This document shows positions 9,973-20,900 of a stretch of 64,000 nt of DNA, in pieces (position 1 is the stretch's first letter; each line of letters starts with the position of its first letter). The notes beneath the pieces were generated by a model. It saw only the letters and a program-made list of their open reading frames with translations, was not told the DNA's origin and searched no databases. The DNA is taken from IMG/VR virus record IMGVR_UViG_3300021400_000136, positions 1-64,000 of that record, one strand, 5' to 3'. Origin of the DNA: a virus (lineage: Duplodnaviria > Caudoviricetes). Both the position numbers and the translations under genes were made by a program.

Positions 9973-10611
9973 ATGATATTTAATCTAGTCCAGGGTAAGG
10001 CGAAGGTAGCGACGATAACAGTTACCGCTCCGGCGGGAACTACGGTTAAATGCACTCAGTCTCCATACTCTTTGTCCGGGACGGTGGCCTCTACATCTGT
10101 GTCCTTTACTGTTCCAAAGGCCGGGACGTGGTCGATTTCTGCGACTAAAGGCGGTACTACTAAAACGTCATCTGTCTCGGTAGCAGCGTATGGCGGTTCC
10201 TATTCTGCGTCCTTTACGTTCGAGTCGTGGCTCTTTAAAGAAGGAAGCGGCGCACAGGTTTCGCTCTATGATAAGGGTAGAGTTACGTTTTCGGATGCTT
10301 CCTTCGTATGCGGTTCAGGTCCCGAGACATACACGATCAATAAAGTAGATCTTACAAATTACAGCAAGATATGCATAGAATATGTATCCAAATATGGAAA
10401 CTCGTTTTCAATTGGTATTACACAGAACGCAGACTATAGAGCTATTCCGATTTACTGGACTGCGTCGAAAGCACTTTCTAAAGTAACCTCTCGATCGACA
10501 ACAACTCTGGATATCTCCGCTTATACGGGTTCGTATTATATATGTCTTGAAGGAAGCGTAATGGGCGATAGTAATAGTCTTACCGGTTATAACTGGTATT
10601 TAAGTGCATAA
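9973..10611 (+). CDS. Putative receptor-binding / fibre-tip protein (beta-sandwich domains)
   Basis: 212 aa, T/S-rich. N-terminal ITVTAPAGTTVKC..FTVPKAGTWSISAT module followed by an aromatic-rich lectin-like domain. Confidence 0.55.
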   Translation: MIFNLVQGKAKVATITVTAPAGTTVKCTQSPYSLSGTVASTSVSFTVPKAGTWSISATKGGTTKTSSVSVAAYGGSYSASFTFESWLFKEGSGAQVSLYDKGRVTFSDASFVCGSGPETYTINKVDLTNYSKICIEYVSKYGNSFSIGITQNADYRAIPIYWTASKALSKVTSRSTTTLDISAYTGSYYICLEGSVMGDSNSLTGYNWYLSA

Positions 10612-10623
10612 GGAACAAACATT

Positions 10624-11718
10624 ATGAATATTATATTAAACGCTCCCGCAGAACAGCTTACATGCAAGTACTGCGGGAATACTTATACATCTCGCGGAAA
10701 GAAAGATCCCGGTTATTGCAAGGACTGTGAGCGCAAGATGAAGGGCGATGCAGCTCCTATATCCGGTGGTGATGAAGGATTCGATAAGGTAGAGAATTAT
10801 GTGCAGATGGCAGAGAATATAGCCTACGATAATTCCCATGGCTATTCTCAGGCCAGACGTAACGGCGATCCGGACTACGATTGCTCCAGCCTAGTATGTA
10901 ACGTCGTACAGAGAGCAGGTATTCCGGTCATGGAAAACGGAGCTTCCTATACCGGTAACATGCGGGCAGCCTTCATCAAATCCGGTTTCGTCCCTGTCTC
11001 TGTTAACCTCGCTAACTGCGATGGCATGGAACGTGGGGATATCCTTCTGAACGATCAGTCTCATACTGCTATTTACATTGGTAATGGACGGATCGTGCAG
11101 GCTGGTGGATCAGATGGCCATCCCGAGCCTGGTGATCAAACTGGCCGAGAGATACAGGTCATGCGGTATTACAACTTCCCTTGGAGTATCGTTCTCCGGT
11201 ATCCGCATAATACCCAGACGACAGAACACAATATTCCTGCTCCGGACCTTCTTCCTTATGAAGATCCTACGCACATCAACCATGATGACTATCCTTATAT
11301 TATAAGGTATGGCGACTGGGGTAAAGAGGTGCTGGATATTCAGGAGAAACTGAAAGCACTCGGCTACTACAAAGGCGATCTGGACGGGAAGTTTGGTGAT
11401 CAGACTATGGCTGCGGTAATGCAGTTCCAGGAGAGGAACAGACTTCTCATGGATGGTGAGGTTGGTCCGGATACGATGGGCAAGCTGAACGAACGGTATA
11501 AAGAGATAGGGAACAAGGAACTGAAGCTTGGCCAGATCGTGTACTTCACGGGTGGCAAGGCGCGGATATCCTCGAATGTAGATATGGGCAGGAGCTATGA
11601 ACCGGGTAAGGCGAAGATCACATCCATAAAACTCGGAGCAAAGTTCCCGTACCATCTGGCCCCGAATGAATCTGATGTATACGGTTGGGTAAAGCCCGAC
11701 CAGATTAAAGGAGAATAA
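10624..11718 (+). CDS. Endolysin: NlpC/P60-type peptidase + peptidoglycan-binding domain
   Basis: YDCSSLV (catalytic Cys), HTAIYIG (catalytic His), PG-binding repeat (LQEKLKALGYY.G.LDGKFG..T..AV..FQ...L..DG.VG..T). N-terminal CxxC..CxxC. Confidence 0.85.
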   Translation: MNIILNAPAEQLTCKYCGNTYTSRGKKDPGYCKDCERKMKGDAAPISGGDEGFDKVENYVQMAENIAYDNSHGYSQARRNGDPDYDCSSLVCNVVQRAGIPVMENGASYTGNMRAAFIKSGFVPVSVNLANCDGMERGDILLNDQSHTAIYIGNGRIVQAGGSDGHPEPGDQTGREIQVMRYYNFPWSIVLRYPHNTQTTEHNIPAPDLLPYEDPTHINHDDYPYIIRYGDWGKEVLDIQEKLKALGYYKGDLDGKFGDQTMAAVMQFQERNRLLMDGEVGPDTMGKLNERYKEIGNKELKLGQIVYFTGGKARISSNVDMGRSYEPGKAKITSIKLGAKFPYHLAPNESDVYGWVKPDQIKGE

Positions 11719-11719
11719 A

Positions 11720-11893
11720 ATGATCTCTATTTTACTATTATCTCTCGCAATTGTATTTTTAATATTTACGGATGCGATGCTTTTCAAGAAAGTAGTCGAT
11801 CTTGAGGAAATCGTTGACTCCCACTGGGCAGCAACACAGACGGAATGCAACGCTATCTGGGGGCAGCTACATGACAGAGAAGACGGAGAATGA
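11720..11893 (+). CDS. Small membrane protein in lysis cassette (57 aa; missed by ORF track)
   Basis: AAGGAG RBS; MISILLLSLAIVFLIFTDAMLFKKVVDLEEIVDSHW... with an N-terminal hydrophobic helix. Confidence 0.6.
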   Translation: MISILLLSLAIVFLIFTDAMLFKKVVDLEEIVDSHWAATQTECNAIWGQLHDREDGE

Positions 11894-12044
11894 TCTGCCT
11901 AAGTGCAGAAAATGCGGACAGACGGTACCAGCAGGGAAGGATCTCTGCTGGTGCTGTGAACATGAGCCGAAGCTAGGGCGCAATAAAGGTAATCACACCT
12001 GCGGGGTTGACAGCTGTGAGATAGATTTTACTCAGAAAGGGTGA
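11871..12044 (+). CDS. Small Cys-rich (zinc-finger-like) protein
   Basis: MTEKTENDLPKCRKCG..CWCCE..CGVDSC; weak RBS. Confidence 0.45.
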   Translation: MTEKTENDLPKCRKCGQTVPAGKDLCWCCEHEPKLGRNKGNHTCGVDSCEIDFTQKG

Positions 12045-12478
12045 TTCCAATGTCTAATTTAATCGCCTTCATCCAAGTGTTGGCTCCGATCATCGTGGCC
12101 CTCGTCGGTATTATTCCTACTATTATAGCTAATAGGAAGAAAACGGAAGCGAGTCTTGCGGCACTTGGCGAAAAGGTGGACGGCCTCGATAAGAAGCTGG
12201 ACAAGCACATTCAGGAAAACGAATTTGACAATGCTAAACAGGTACGAGTTAGGATATTGAGATTCTATGACGAGCTATGCCGAGCAATGTCACGAGGAGA
12301 GATGCCATGCTCGGAGAGTCACTTCGAGGACATCTTAGACGACGTTAGTTATTACAAGCGGTTCGTTATAAATCATCCGGATTTTAAAAACAGCCGTGGG
12401 GAAGTAGCTATGGAATATATTGAGAAGACGTATCATGAAATGAAAACAACCGGCGGATTTCTGGTGCATACGCCATGA
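12041..12478 (+). CDS. Membrane-anchored lysis-cassette protein (holin/XhlA-like)
   Basis: N-terminal TM helix followed by a coiled coil (LGEKVDGLDKKLDKHI) and a RVRILRFYDEL motif common next to Firmicutes phage holins. Confidence 0.6.
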   Translation: MIPMSNLIAFIQVLAPIIVALVGIIPTIIANRKKTEASLAALGEKVDGLDKKLDKHIQENEFDNAKQVRVRILRFYDELCRAMSRGEMPCSESHFEDILDDVSYYKRFVINHPDFKNSRGEVAMEYIEKTYHEMKTTGGFLVHTP

Positions 12479-12567
12479 TGGAAAACACATCGGCATTTAT
12501 TGTATTTGTTCTCTTCGTTACTTATGCGTGTATTGTGAGTGACGAGGACCATCACAGGAAGCCGTAA
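12475..12567 (+). CDS. 30-aa hydrophobic peptide (missed by ORF track)
   Basis: ATGA overlap with the upstream stop; MMENTSAFIVFVLFVTYACIVSDEDHHRKP. Confidence 0.4.
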   Translation: MMENTSAFIVFVLFVTYACIVSDEDHHRKP

Positions 12568-12582
12568 AGGAGAGTGGAAACT

Positions 12583-12870
12583 ATGAGTGAAGAAACGAAA
12601 AAGAACCTTGCAAGAAAATTTACCTCCCGTAAATTCTGGATGGCAGTGGCCGGTTTTATCGCAAATATCCTTGTACTTGCCGGTGGCAGTTCCGGTACAA
12701 CCGAGCGAATCACCGCTATGATAATGGCGGGTGGTATGATTATCGCCTATATTATCGGCGAAGGTTTCGCAGACGGATCTCCGAAAGAATATAACTACTA
12801 CTATCAGGGTAACGGAGAAGTGCAGTATGGAGATGCTACAGGGTATGAGGATGATAGAATTATACAGTAA
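12583..12870 (+). CDS. Holin
   Basis: RKFTSRKFWMAVAGF motif, two TM helices, IIAYIIGEGFAD motif. AAGGAG RBS; alternative GTG start at 12574. Confidence 0.8.
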   Translation: MSEETKKNLARKFTSRKFWMAVAGFIANILVLAGGSSGTTERITAMIMAGGMIIAYIIGEGFADGSPKEYNYYYQGNGEVQYGDATGYEDDRIIQ

Positions 12871-12881
12871 TAAACAACATA

Positions 12882-12911
12882 AGCCCATTCGTTTCAATGT
12901 ACGAATGGGCT
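12882..12911 (+). terminator. Stem-loop after lysis cassette
   Basis: AGCCCATTCGT (12882-12892) / ACGAATGGGCT (12901-12911), 11-bp perfect stem; weak U tract. Confidence 0.55.
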
Positions 12912-12939
12912 CTATTCGTATATAAGGAGATGATGTGAT

Positions 12940-14922
12940 ATGGCAGATACACAGCAAAGTGCTGTCAATAAAGCCTACGGTGGGTCAGTTGGTGGCGGTT
13001 CCGGGAGTGATGGAAGTACCTCCGGGTCAGCGCATGCTTATGCCGGGCCAATTTCTACCTATAGGGCTCCGTCTCCGGGGACTGGTGTAGCAGATCAACA
13101 AGCCCAGCAACCTGCTGCTCAACAGGATCAGCCTAAAAGCACTTACCATCCTTATGTAGGTAGCCACCCATATGATGACGGATATGTTCGTCCTTCTCAG
13201 GCTGATTTGGATGCGGAGAATGCCAGACGTTCCGGTGGTTACGGCGATGCTGCAGCTTTGACAGATGCATTAGCTGAGGAGAATATAGTTCCCGAAGATA
13301 CATCCTATGTTAAGACCGATCTGCTTAACGGCGAGGAGAACGGGAAGACAGCAGCTGGTCTTTTAAAGTCGGCTGGTTATGATACGGAGAATGCGCCAGC
13401 AAAGTTGGATGTTCCGGGGCAGGTGGCTCTTCCGAACAGAGTAGATCTTCCAAATGTGGATCTTCCTAATAGGGTAGAGAATCCGAACGTAACTCTCCCG
13501 GACCAGGTCGCGCTGCCGGATGATGTGAATCTCCCCAGAGAATTGGCTCTGCCGGATGAGGTGGCACTCCCAGATGAGATCAAGTTCGAGGATGCATTGG
13601 CCAGAGCAGGCGTAGATGTTGGTCAGGTGGATCGTATCGATACCGCCAGAGAGGAAGCTATCCTTTCGCAGATGACTGAGGCGCAGAGACAGCAGGCTAT
13701 CCTGGCTGCTAATAGAGCTGTAGAACAGGGTACTACCAATCTCCAGCGTAGCCTGCAGGACGCACAGGGTCAGTTTGTCTCCCAGCGTAACCAGATCGAT
13801 ATTGACACTCAGAGAGCTTTGGACAACCAAGCACTGTATGCCGAAGCTCGTGGTGACAGAGGTGGCATAGGACAGGCGCAGTACAACGATATCCAGAACA
13901 CTGCTGCTACCAATCGACTGATGGTTCAGCAGGAGCAGACGAAACTGGCGACAGATACTGCGAGACAGATTGCGGATCTTCGTTCTCAGGGTGAATTTGA
14001 GAAAGCGAATCAGCTTCTTACTATCTCACAGAATTACCTGTCTCAACTGATGGATCTGTATACCTGGGCGAAGGAAACCAATGTCAGCATAGATGAGTTC
14101 AATCTCCAGGTGGCTCAGTGGGAAGAGAACTACAAGCTCAACCTTATTGACGCAGAACTTGGTGCGCAGGCATCCAACCTCAATCTTGCACAGATGCGGA
14201 TGCAGCAGGGAATGAACCGGTACAATGCCGCATATCAGCAGGAGAATAGTCTGTACAACGCCAGATGGAACCAGGCACAGCAGTTGTATGAGGACGCTTA
14301 CAACCAAGCAAACAGCCAGTACAACGCTCGTTGGAACCAGGCACAGCAGCTTTGGCAGAACGAGTACAACCAGGAGAACAGTCTGTACAATGCCAGATGG
14401 AACCAGGCTACCGATCTGTTCAATGCTGCGTATAACCAGGAGAACAGCCAGTTCGAGGCAAGACGTAATGCTGCGAACGATTACTTCAACAACCAGCTCA
14501 ATGCAGCGAACTATGGGCTCAATGCAAGTAAGGCAGCTCTGGAGGCACAGATCAATGCAGCTAATGCTACTGGTGCATTCAGCAATGGAACTCCTACGTA
14601 TGTTGCCCAGCAGAACGCGAGAGAGATTCTGGCGGCATCCGGTCAAGCACTACTGGAGCAGGGTATTATCCCGACTGCAGAACAGCTTGCGGCGATGGGT
14701 ATGACAGCATCTCAGGCAGCTGAGTATACTGGTGGAGACTTAGCAGGGCTTACTAATGGAACTGGAGTTACAGGTACAGCTACAAAAGATAACGCTGCAG
14801 GCACACTGGTAACCAGAGGGAATATCCAATATCTTAACCAGGCGCAGGTGAACCGGCTGTTTCGGAATGCGCAACCTGGTGGATACATAGAACAAAACGG
14901 TGAGAAAACAAGGATAGTTTAA
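12940..14922 (+). CDS. Internal virion / ejection protein (coiled-coil, Q/N/A-rich)
   Basis: 660 aa, helical and low complexity, directly upstream of the giant gene. Carries VxLP hexapeptide repeats and 22-aa YNARWNQA repeats. Function from position and composition. Confidence 0.55.
   Translation: MADTQQSAVNKAYGGSVGGGSGSDGSTSGSAHAYAGPISTYRAPSPGTGVADQQAQQPAAQQDQPKSTYHPYVGSHPYDDGYVRPSQADLDAENARRSGGYGDAAALTDALAEENIVPEDTSYVKTDLLNGEENGKTAAGLLKSAGYDTENAPAKLDVPGQVALPNRVDLPNVDLPNRVENPNVTLPDQVALPDDVNLPRELALPDEVALPDEIKFEDALARAGVDVGQVDRIDTAREEAILSQMTEAQRQQAILAANRAVEQGTTNLQRSLQDAQGQFVSQRNQIDIDTQRALDNQALYAEARGDRGGIGQAQYNDIQNTAATNRLMVQQEQTKLATDTARQIADLRSQGEFEKANQLLTISQNYLSQLMDLYTWAKETNVSIDEFNLQVAQWEENYKLNLIDAELGAQASNLNLAQMRMQQGMNRYNAAYQQENSLYNARWNQAQQLYEDAYNQANSQYNARWNQAQQLWQNEYNQENSLYNARWNQATDLFNAAYNQENSQFEARRNAANDYFNNQLNAANYGLNASKAALEAQINAANATGAFSNGTPTYVAQQNAREILAASGQALLEQGIIPTAEQLAAMGMTASQAAEYTGGDLAGLTNGTGVTGTATKDNAAGTLVTRGNIQYLNQAQVNRLFRNAQPGGYIEQNGEKTRIV
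14221..14500 (+). repeat. In-frame 66-nt repeat (about 4 copies, YNxxNSxYNARWNQA)
   Basis: AACGCCAGATGGAACCAGGC-like blocks recur at 66-nt spacing. Confidence 0.75.
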
Positions 14923-14941
14923 TTAATGGAGGCTTTAATAT

Positions 14942-17900
14942 ATGCCTGATTTAATAAAGAAGAGACAAGAGATGACTGACTCCGGTACGGGCGATGTTAC
15001 CCCGGTTAACGTACCGGCTCCAACTCCTATTCCTCCGGCCAGTTCGCAGGCGGCTGGAAGAGCAGCGGCTCAGGCAGCGGCATCCGACCCTAATAAGCAC
15101 GCCACCCAAGCCGGTAAAGAGACTAGCGATGAGACTAATAAAAAAATGGGCTGGGGCGACTACGCAGAACCTACACCCACTCCTGAGTCCACACCCGACT
15201 ATTCCGGTTATTCCGAACCTACACCCTCTGCTGAGGATCTTGCAGCAGAGAATGCAGATAGCTATGAGTACAATCAAGCTGGAGAGACTCCGACCGTCAA
15301 GGCTGATGTAGCTGATGATACTGTCGAGGTTGCTGTCGAACCCGAGAAGCAGGAGGAGACCAGTAGCCAGGTGTCTAAAGGCAAGGAAGATGCTACGGCA
15401 ATGGGCGGTGTCGATGCCACTAAGATGGCGGAAGACGCTGTTATGCAAGGCCGTAGGGATGCAAGATACTATCCAGACTATACTGACTTCTATGGCGGGC
15501 TTGAAATTGATGGTACATCTCCGGATCGTAATGAACTGGATGAAAACGGCATGCACATATTCAAAGGCTATGAGGACGATGAGGGCAATTATGTCTCTGG
15601 CTTTGATGAGTGGTACAGTTCTAACAAGGCCGGTCTTACAGAAATAATTGACTTCGCTACCGATGGACAATTCCATACAGGTGATGAAGTGTATGCCCAC
15701 CAGAAGCTTGCTGCTAACCTTGCCTATGACTACCAGACGATGGCAGATTACTGGCAAGGTCGTATTGACGAAGCTAAGGAGTTTGTTGACTCCGCTCATG
15801 CTGATTTCGATGCGTTCAATTTTGACCAGTATGGTGAAGCGGGAGAGGAAGCAAAAGCAACCTGGCAGCAGGAACTGGATACGTTGGATGCCCAGTATGC
15901 TTCCATGGTCGAGGGTCTTGGTATCATCCAGGAGCATGGGGAAGCGGCAAAAGAATGCTATGATCTCATGGTGGAGAATAACAAGGCTTTTGCTCAGTAC
16001 GATGACGATAAGCTTCTTACTCAGGAACAGATAGATCAGCAGGTGTTGGATGCGGCGAAGAGCGCGAATGTGGCAACTGCATTCACTGATGAGGAGATAG
16101 CAGATTTCACTAAGCTCACCGACGAGCAGTGGGACGCGCTAATCGAAAGCGGTGAAGAGAGCTATGATAAGCGCCAGTTTAAAGCGCCTCCGATACCTAT
16201 CTTCAGCACTGAAGCAACCAGAGAGGAGCAGAGACTGGCTGACCTGCAGATCATGCGACAGGCCATCCAAGGGGCTCGTGATGCGGCTCAGTACAAGAAC
16301 GATGAGATTATGTTTGGCCGTAAGTATATCGGGCAGGATAATACTATCGCAGCTTGGGATGCAGCGGAAGCAGCACTCGAAGCTAATGCCCCGACAGCAG
16401 ATTCTACTCCGGAAGAGAAGGCTGCATACAACCATGAGCGCCGGTATATTCAGGAGAGAATTGATGCCTGCGAGTATAAGGCTTTCGTTGACGAGTATGC
16501 CGATGTAAGTGATTCAGATATTCGTCAAGAGCTTTTTGAAATGCGGTTTGGTAATGGCGAAACTACGACAGAAGATAGCGCGGATACTAATGACACAGCG
16601 CATAATTTGTTGACGGCAAAATCTGCTTACGATGCAGCAGAAGAGGCCTTTAATGAAATCGCCGAAACTGCCCGTCCTACATCGGCTGAGTACCTTGATG
16701 CATACCAGGCAATGAAAGAAGCGGAAGCTGCATACGCCGAAGCACTTCAGCTCGCGAAGGATGAGTCAAAACTCGATGTCGGTGAGATCTTCGACTTTTC
16801 AGCCTTTGCAGATATCTTATCTGGGGCGCCAGAAGAAAATGAACTCAGCGCCGAAGAGCAGAAAAGAGCTGAGTATCTCCAAAGATTGCTTCAGGATCGA
16901 GAGATATCGGCTATACAAGAAGAAATTAAGAGCTACGAAAAGGACTACCCAGATGGGACTGCTATGCGGCATTGGGCAGAAGATATCGAGCTCGACGTAG
17001 AAAAGAAAGAAGCAGCACTTCTGGACGCGCAGACAGAAGCAGGTAAGCTGGATGCAGAGGCTTATCAATATGCTACTGTAGACGCGCATAGTACAGAAAA
17101 TCATACGCCGGAAGAGGCGGCACAGAAGGCCCAAGAAGCAAAAGACGCGCACAATAGAGCACTGATCGCGGAGCAGGAGCTTGCTGAGGCGAAAGGAAAA
17201 CTCGCTCTTGTGCAGGCGCTGAACCAGACCAGTATCCGATCCGAAGCAGACTATGCCGAGCAGGTTGCCAAAGGTAAAGAAATGGCTGGAGATATAGCCC
17301 AGTATAAAGAGGCTATCGATACGGCGATGGATGTTGGGCTCGATAGGAAGCCTGCGGTTGATGCTCTCGTCACTCAGTTCGGCCTTACCCAAGAGGACGC
17401 CGAGAAGTACGTGGATATGTACTTCACACTGGACGAAAAGGAGAGGGCAGTACTTTTCCCAAATGTAGATGGAGTTGAGGAAGAGGAACAAGGCTGGCTC
17501 GGAAAATGGTGGGACAAAGTTACAAGGTCTCCGTACCTTGGTGAAAAAGAAGTAGGCAAATTTACTGACGAAGAACTGAATGACTTTTACTACCATCTTG
17601 CTAAGGAAGGTGCATCAGCTGCAGCTCAATATGCGATGGGTGTAAATAATGCCTATCGTAACGAGTACAACGATCTGGCGAAAGAGCGTTTCATGCAGTT
17701 GCAGAACTACAGGGCAGGTCATAATGGCAAGTTCCAGACTGCTGTAGAAGCGGCGATGATGCCTGTAGGTAACTTTGCGCTGAATCTCACAGCCCTTCCG
17801 GAAGCTATCAGTAATTTTATCCAGGCAGAAAAACTTGGAATGTCTGTAGCTCCTACCGATCCGACAAACAGCCAGTTGGCTGAATGGGCGCAGGAAAGTT

Positions 17901-20900
17901 CCAGTAGACAAGTTACGGCTATGCTGCCGAACTTCAAACCGGCAGAGTTCCTTTATAATACTTATAACAGTATCGTTAACAGTGCTCTGTCACTGGCAAC
18001 ATTCTCAGCTCTTGGTAGCGCACTTGGCTTAACAGATGATATCGTTATCGGTGGTAAAGGTGCTTTACAGGCATTCGTATCAGCAGCTACAGATCTTGAA
18101 TTCTTCGGTTCAGCAGCAGCCAGTAGGTACAGAGAGTTGCTTGAGCAGGGAGTCGATCCGCAGAAAGCAGGATGGGCGTCAGTGTACTCCGGTCTTGCCG
18201 AGGCTATGTTCGAGCACTTCTCCATTGAGAACTTGTACCACGCAAAAGGTGTTGCTGATTGGCATAATGCACTGGATTGGGCGTGGCACACAGCGTGTTC
18301 TGCCGGTGTCGAAGGCTCTGAAGAATTGTTCACCAACTGGGCTAACCGACTTGGTGATGCCTTATACTTAAAAGAAGATAATCCTTTCAACGATAGTGTT
18401 GATGCCTATATAGCGCAGGGTTTTGAAGAAGATCAGGCTCTGCGTTTTGCTATGCACGATCTGCTGAAAGAGGATGCTCTGTCCTTCCTTGGTGGTGCTA
18501 TCTCCGGTGGTGTTAATGCCGGTAGTTCCAGCATGATGGAGTGGCAGATAGACAAAAATAAACTTGCAGATTTCCGCGCATCCCAAGGTAAGAACTTCAA
18601 CATTGATCTTCCAAACGGAAAGAAAGCCTCACAGGAACTGGGTACTTATCTGTGGAATCATGAGTTCATCAGACCCGGTGACGAACATCTCTTCAACGAG
18701 GGACAGCGCAATACTGTTGAAGAAATAAAAGATCTGGCGTGGAAAGCTAGTGAGGGTAAAGCTTCTGACGAAGAGATTGGCCGTTTGCAGTATCTCACGG
18801 CACAATTCGACAGTAAAGTACTTGATGATTTTGCTCTCGCTAACAAAGATTGGTATGGCCGTGTAGAACCGATGCGTCTGGTACAGGTATCCCAGGAAGC
18901 ACTTAATAAGCTCCTTGGTCCTGAGAACGCGCAGAAATATCTTGAGGCAGTAAGAGCTAATCCGCATGCAAAAGTGGAGAACGACTTCTCCTTAGGACTT
19001 CAGCAGGCCGTTCCAAATATGGGCAGTAATGAAGCATCGGAAGTTGCTGGATTCCTCGAAAGAATATTCACAGGCTCTGACAGAACAACACCTGAAGATA
19101 TAGCAAAGGTATTAGACTCCGAATTGCTCAGTTCTCCAGAGGCTCAGATGTATCTTTGGAATTATCTGAAGGATAAGGTACCGACAGATACTCCCGCTAT
19201 TGAAGTGGCTGCCCCGGCAGAACCGAGTGGGCTGACTCCTTCTGCTGAATGGGCTGGCCAGAATGTAAAGAGAGAACCTTCTCCGATTAAACCTGCCAGC
19301 CAGATGGAAACTGACTCTGGAACAGAGGCCGCAGATAGAGAGCCTACTCCTATTCCCTCTGCGGAACAGGCAGCGGAGAATGAGAAGAGTAGAGAAGAAG
19401 CTGAAGCCAAAGCACGGGAAGAAATACAGAATCCGTTTATTCCAATCATGCAGTCGATTGGCATGGATCCGAATATTACATCGGAGAATGTAGGCGAAGC
19501 CTTGAAGAACCTGCTCACAACAACCTGGGAGAGAGCAAAGGAAGCGGCATATCAGAATCAGATACTGAAGAACGGCTTATCTGATACTAATCGTAAGTTG
19601 AACGATATGCAGCATGAAGCAGCTGAACAGCAGACGAGAGACAGGCTTAACCGCGCCCCGAAAGGTATAAAGACCGATGCGTTGGCCCAGTACAGAGATG
19701 ACTCCGACTCCATTACTTTTGGTAATAATACCACTACCCGTAAGGAGTTCGTTGAAGCCTATATGAAGGGCTATGACCCGTTCAACGATAAGGAGATAAA
19801 GGGGCCGAAAGACGAGAAGGCAGCAAACCGTGCCTTTGACCGTATCCTATTGAACAGCACCACAAAGGATGGACTTCCTCTTGAAGGTGTTAAAGCCTCC
19901 ATGAAGAACTACGATCTTTCTTTGCGGAAGGCTATTGTTTCTGATACCAAAAAAGGAACTGGAGAGCCTAAAGACCTGGAACGCAATGGCGAACCAAAAG
20001 CGCAAGAGCCAGCATCCGGTAAGCTTAATGTTCAGACTCCAACAGATAATAGTGCTGATATGAAGGAAGGCACGGCCACCGGTACGGAAGTTACCAGAAA
20101 TGGTGAGCCTGACCAGACAGAGCCTACTGATAGTAAGCTTAATGTTCAGAATCCAACAGATGATAGTGCTGACATGAAGGACGGCACAGGTACTGGTACA
20201 GAAGTTACCAGAAAGGGTGAGCCCGAGCAGACAGAACCTACTGGCGGCAAGCTTAATGTCCAGACTCCGGCAGATACTAGCAGTGATACCACAACGGGCC
20301 AGACTTCTGTCGATGGCAGTGAGTTGTCCAGAACTGAAAAGCCTGCTGAAGAAACTCCGGTAGAAGATCAGACCACTGAAGAGGTAGCTCCAGATAAAGC
20401 GCAGCAGTTCCTTGACTATCTCCAAGTCATGATGCAGCAGACTGGCGAGATGACCGATGAGGAATTCAATGCCCTGTTTGGTGGTGCTACTGACACAATA
20501 CTCGACGCATTGGTTGGAAGAGAACCTGCTAATGATTTCGAGCGTAGAGTTATTGATGCTGCTACGCGGGAGATGGACAGGCGCACATCCGAAGACCAGA
20601 CTATGGCTCAACAGGACGAAGCTCCGGCATCAGCAGAAACTTCGGATTTCAAAACAGATGATAACCTCTTCGCAACTAATGGAAAAGAGGATAAGAGCTG
20701 GCGCAGCTGGGATGACACAATAAATAACCCCGACAGCAACGATGACGAGATTATAACCAGAGCAGAGTTTGTTGAACGCGCTATGAATGGCGTTGGCAAG
20801 ATTAAGCCGATGACTTTCGCCGAGGCAAATGACTTGTTCGATGACTTGGCTTATATCGACGAACATGATAGCGATACCAACACGGACTACGGTAAAAAAG

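Noticed and set aside
9973-10611. Diversity-generating retroelement target
   Set aside because: No reverse transcriptase and no adenine-variant template repeat seen in the window.
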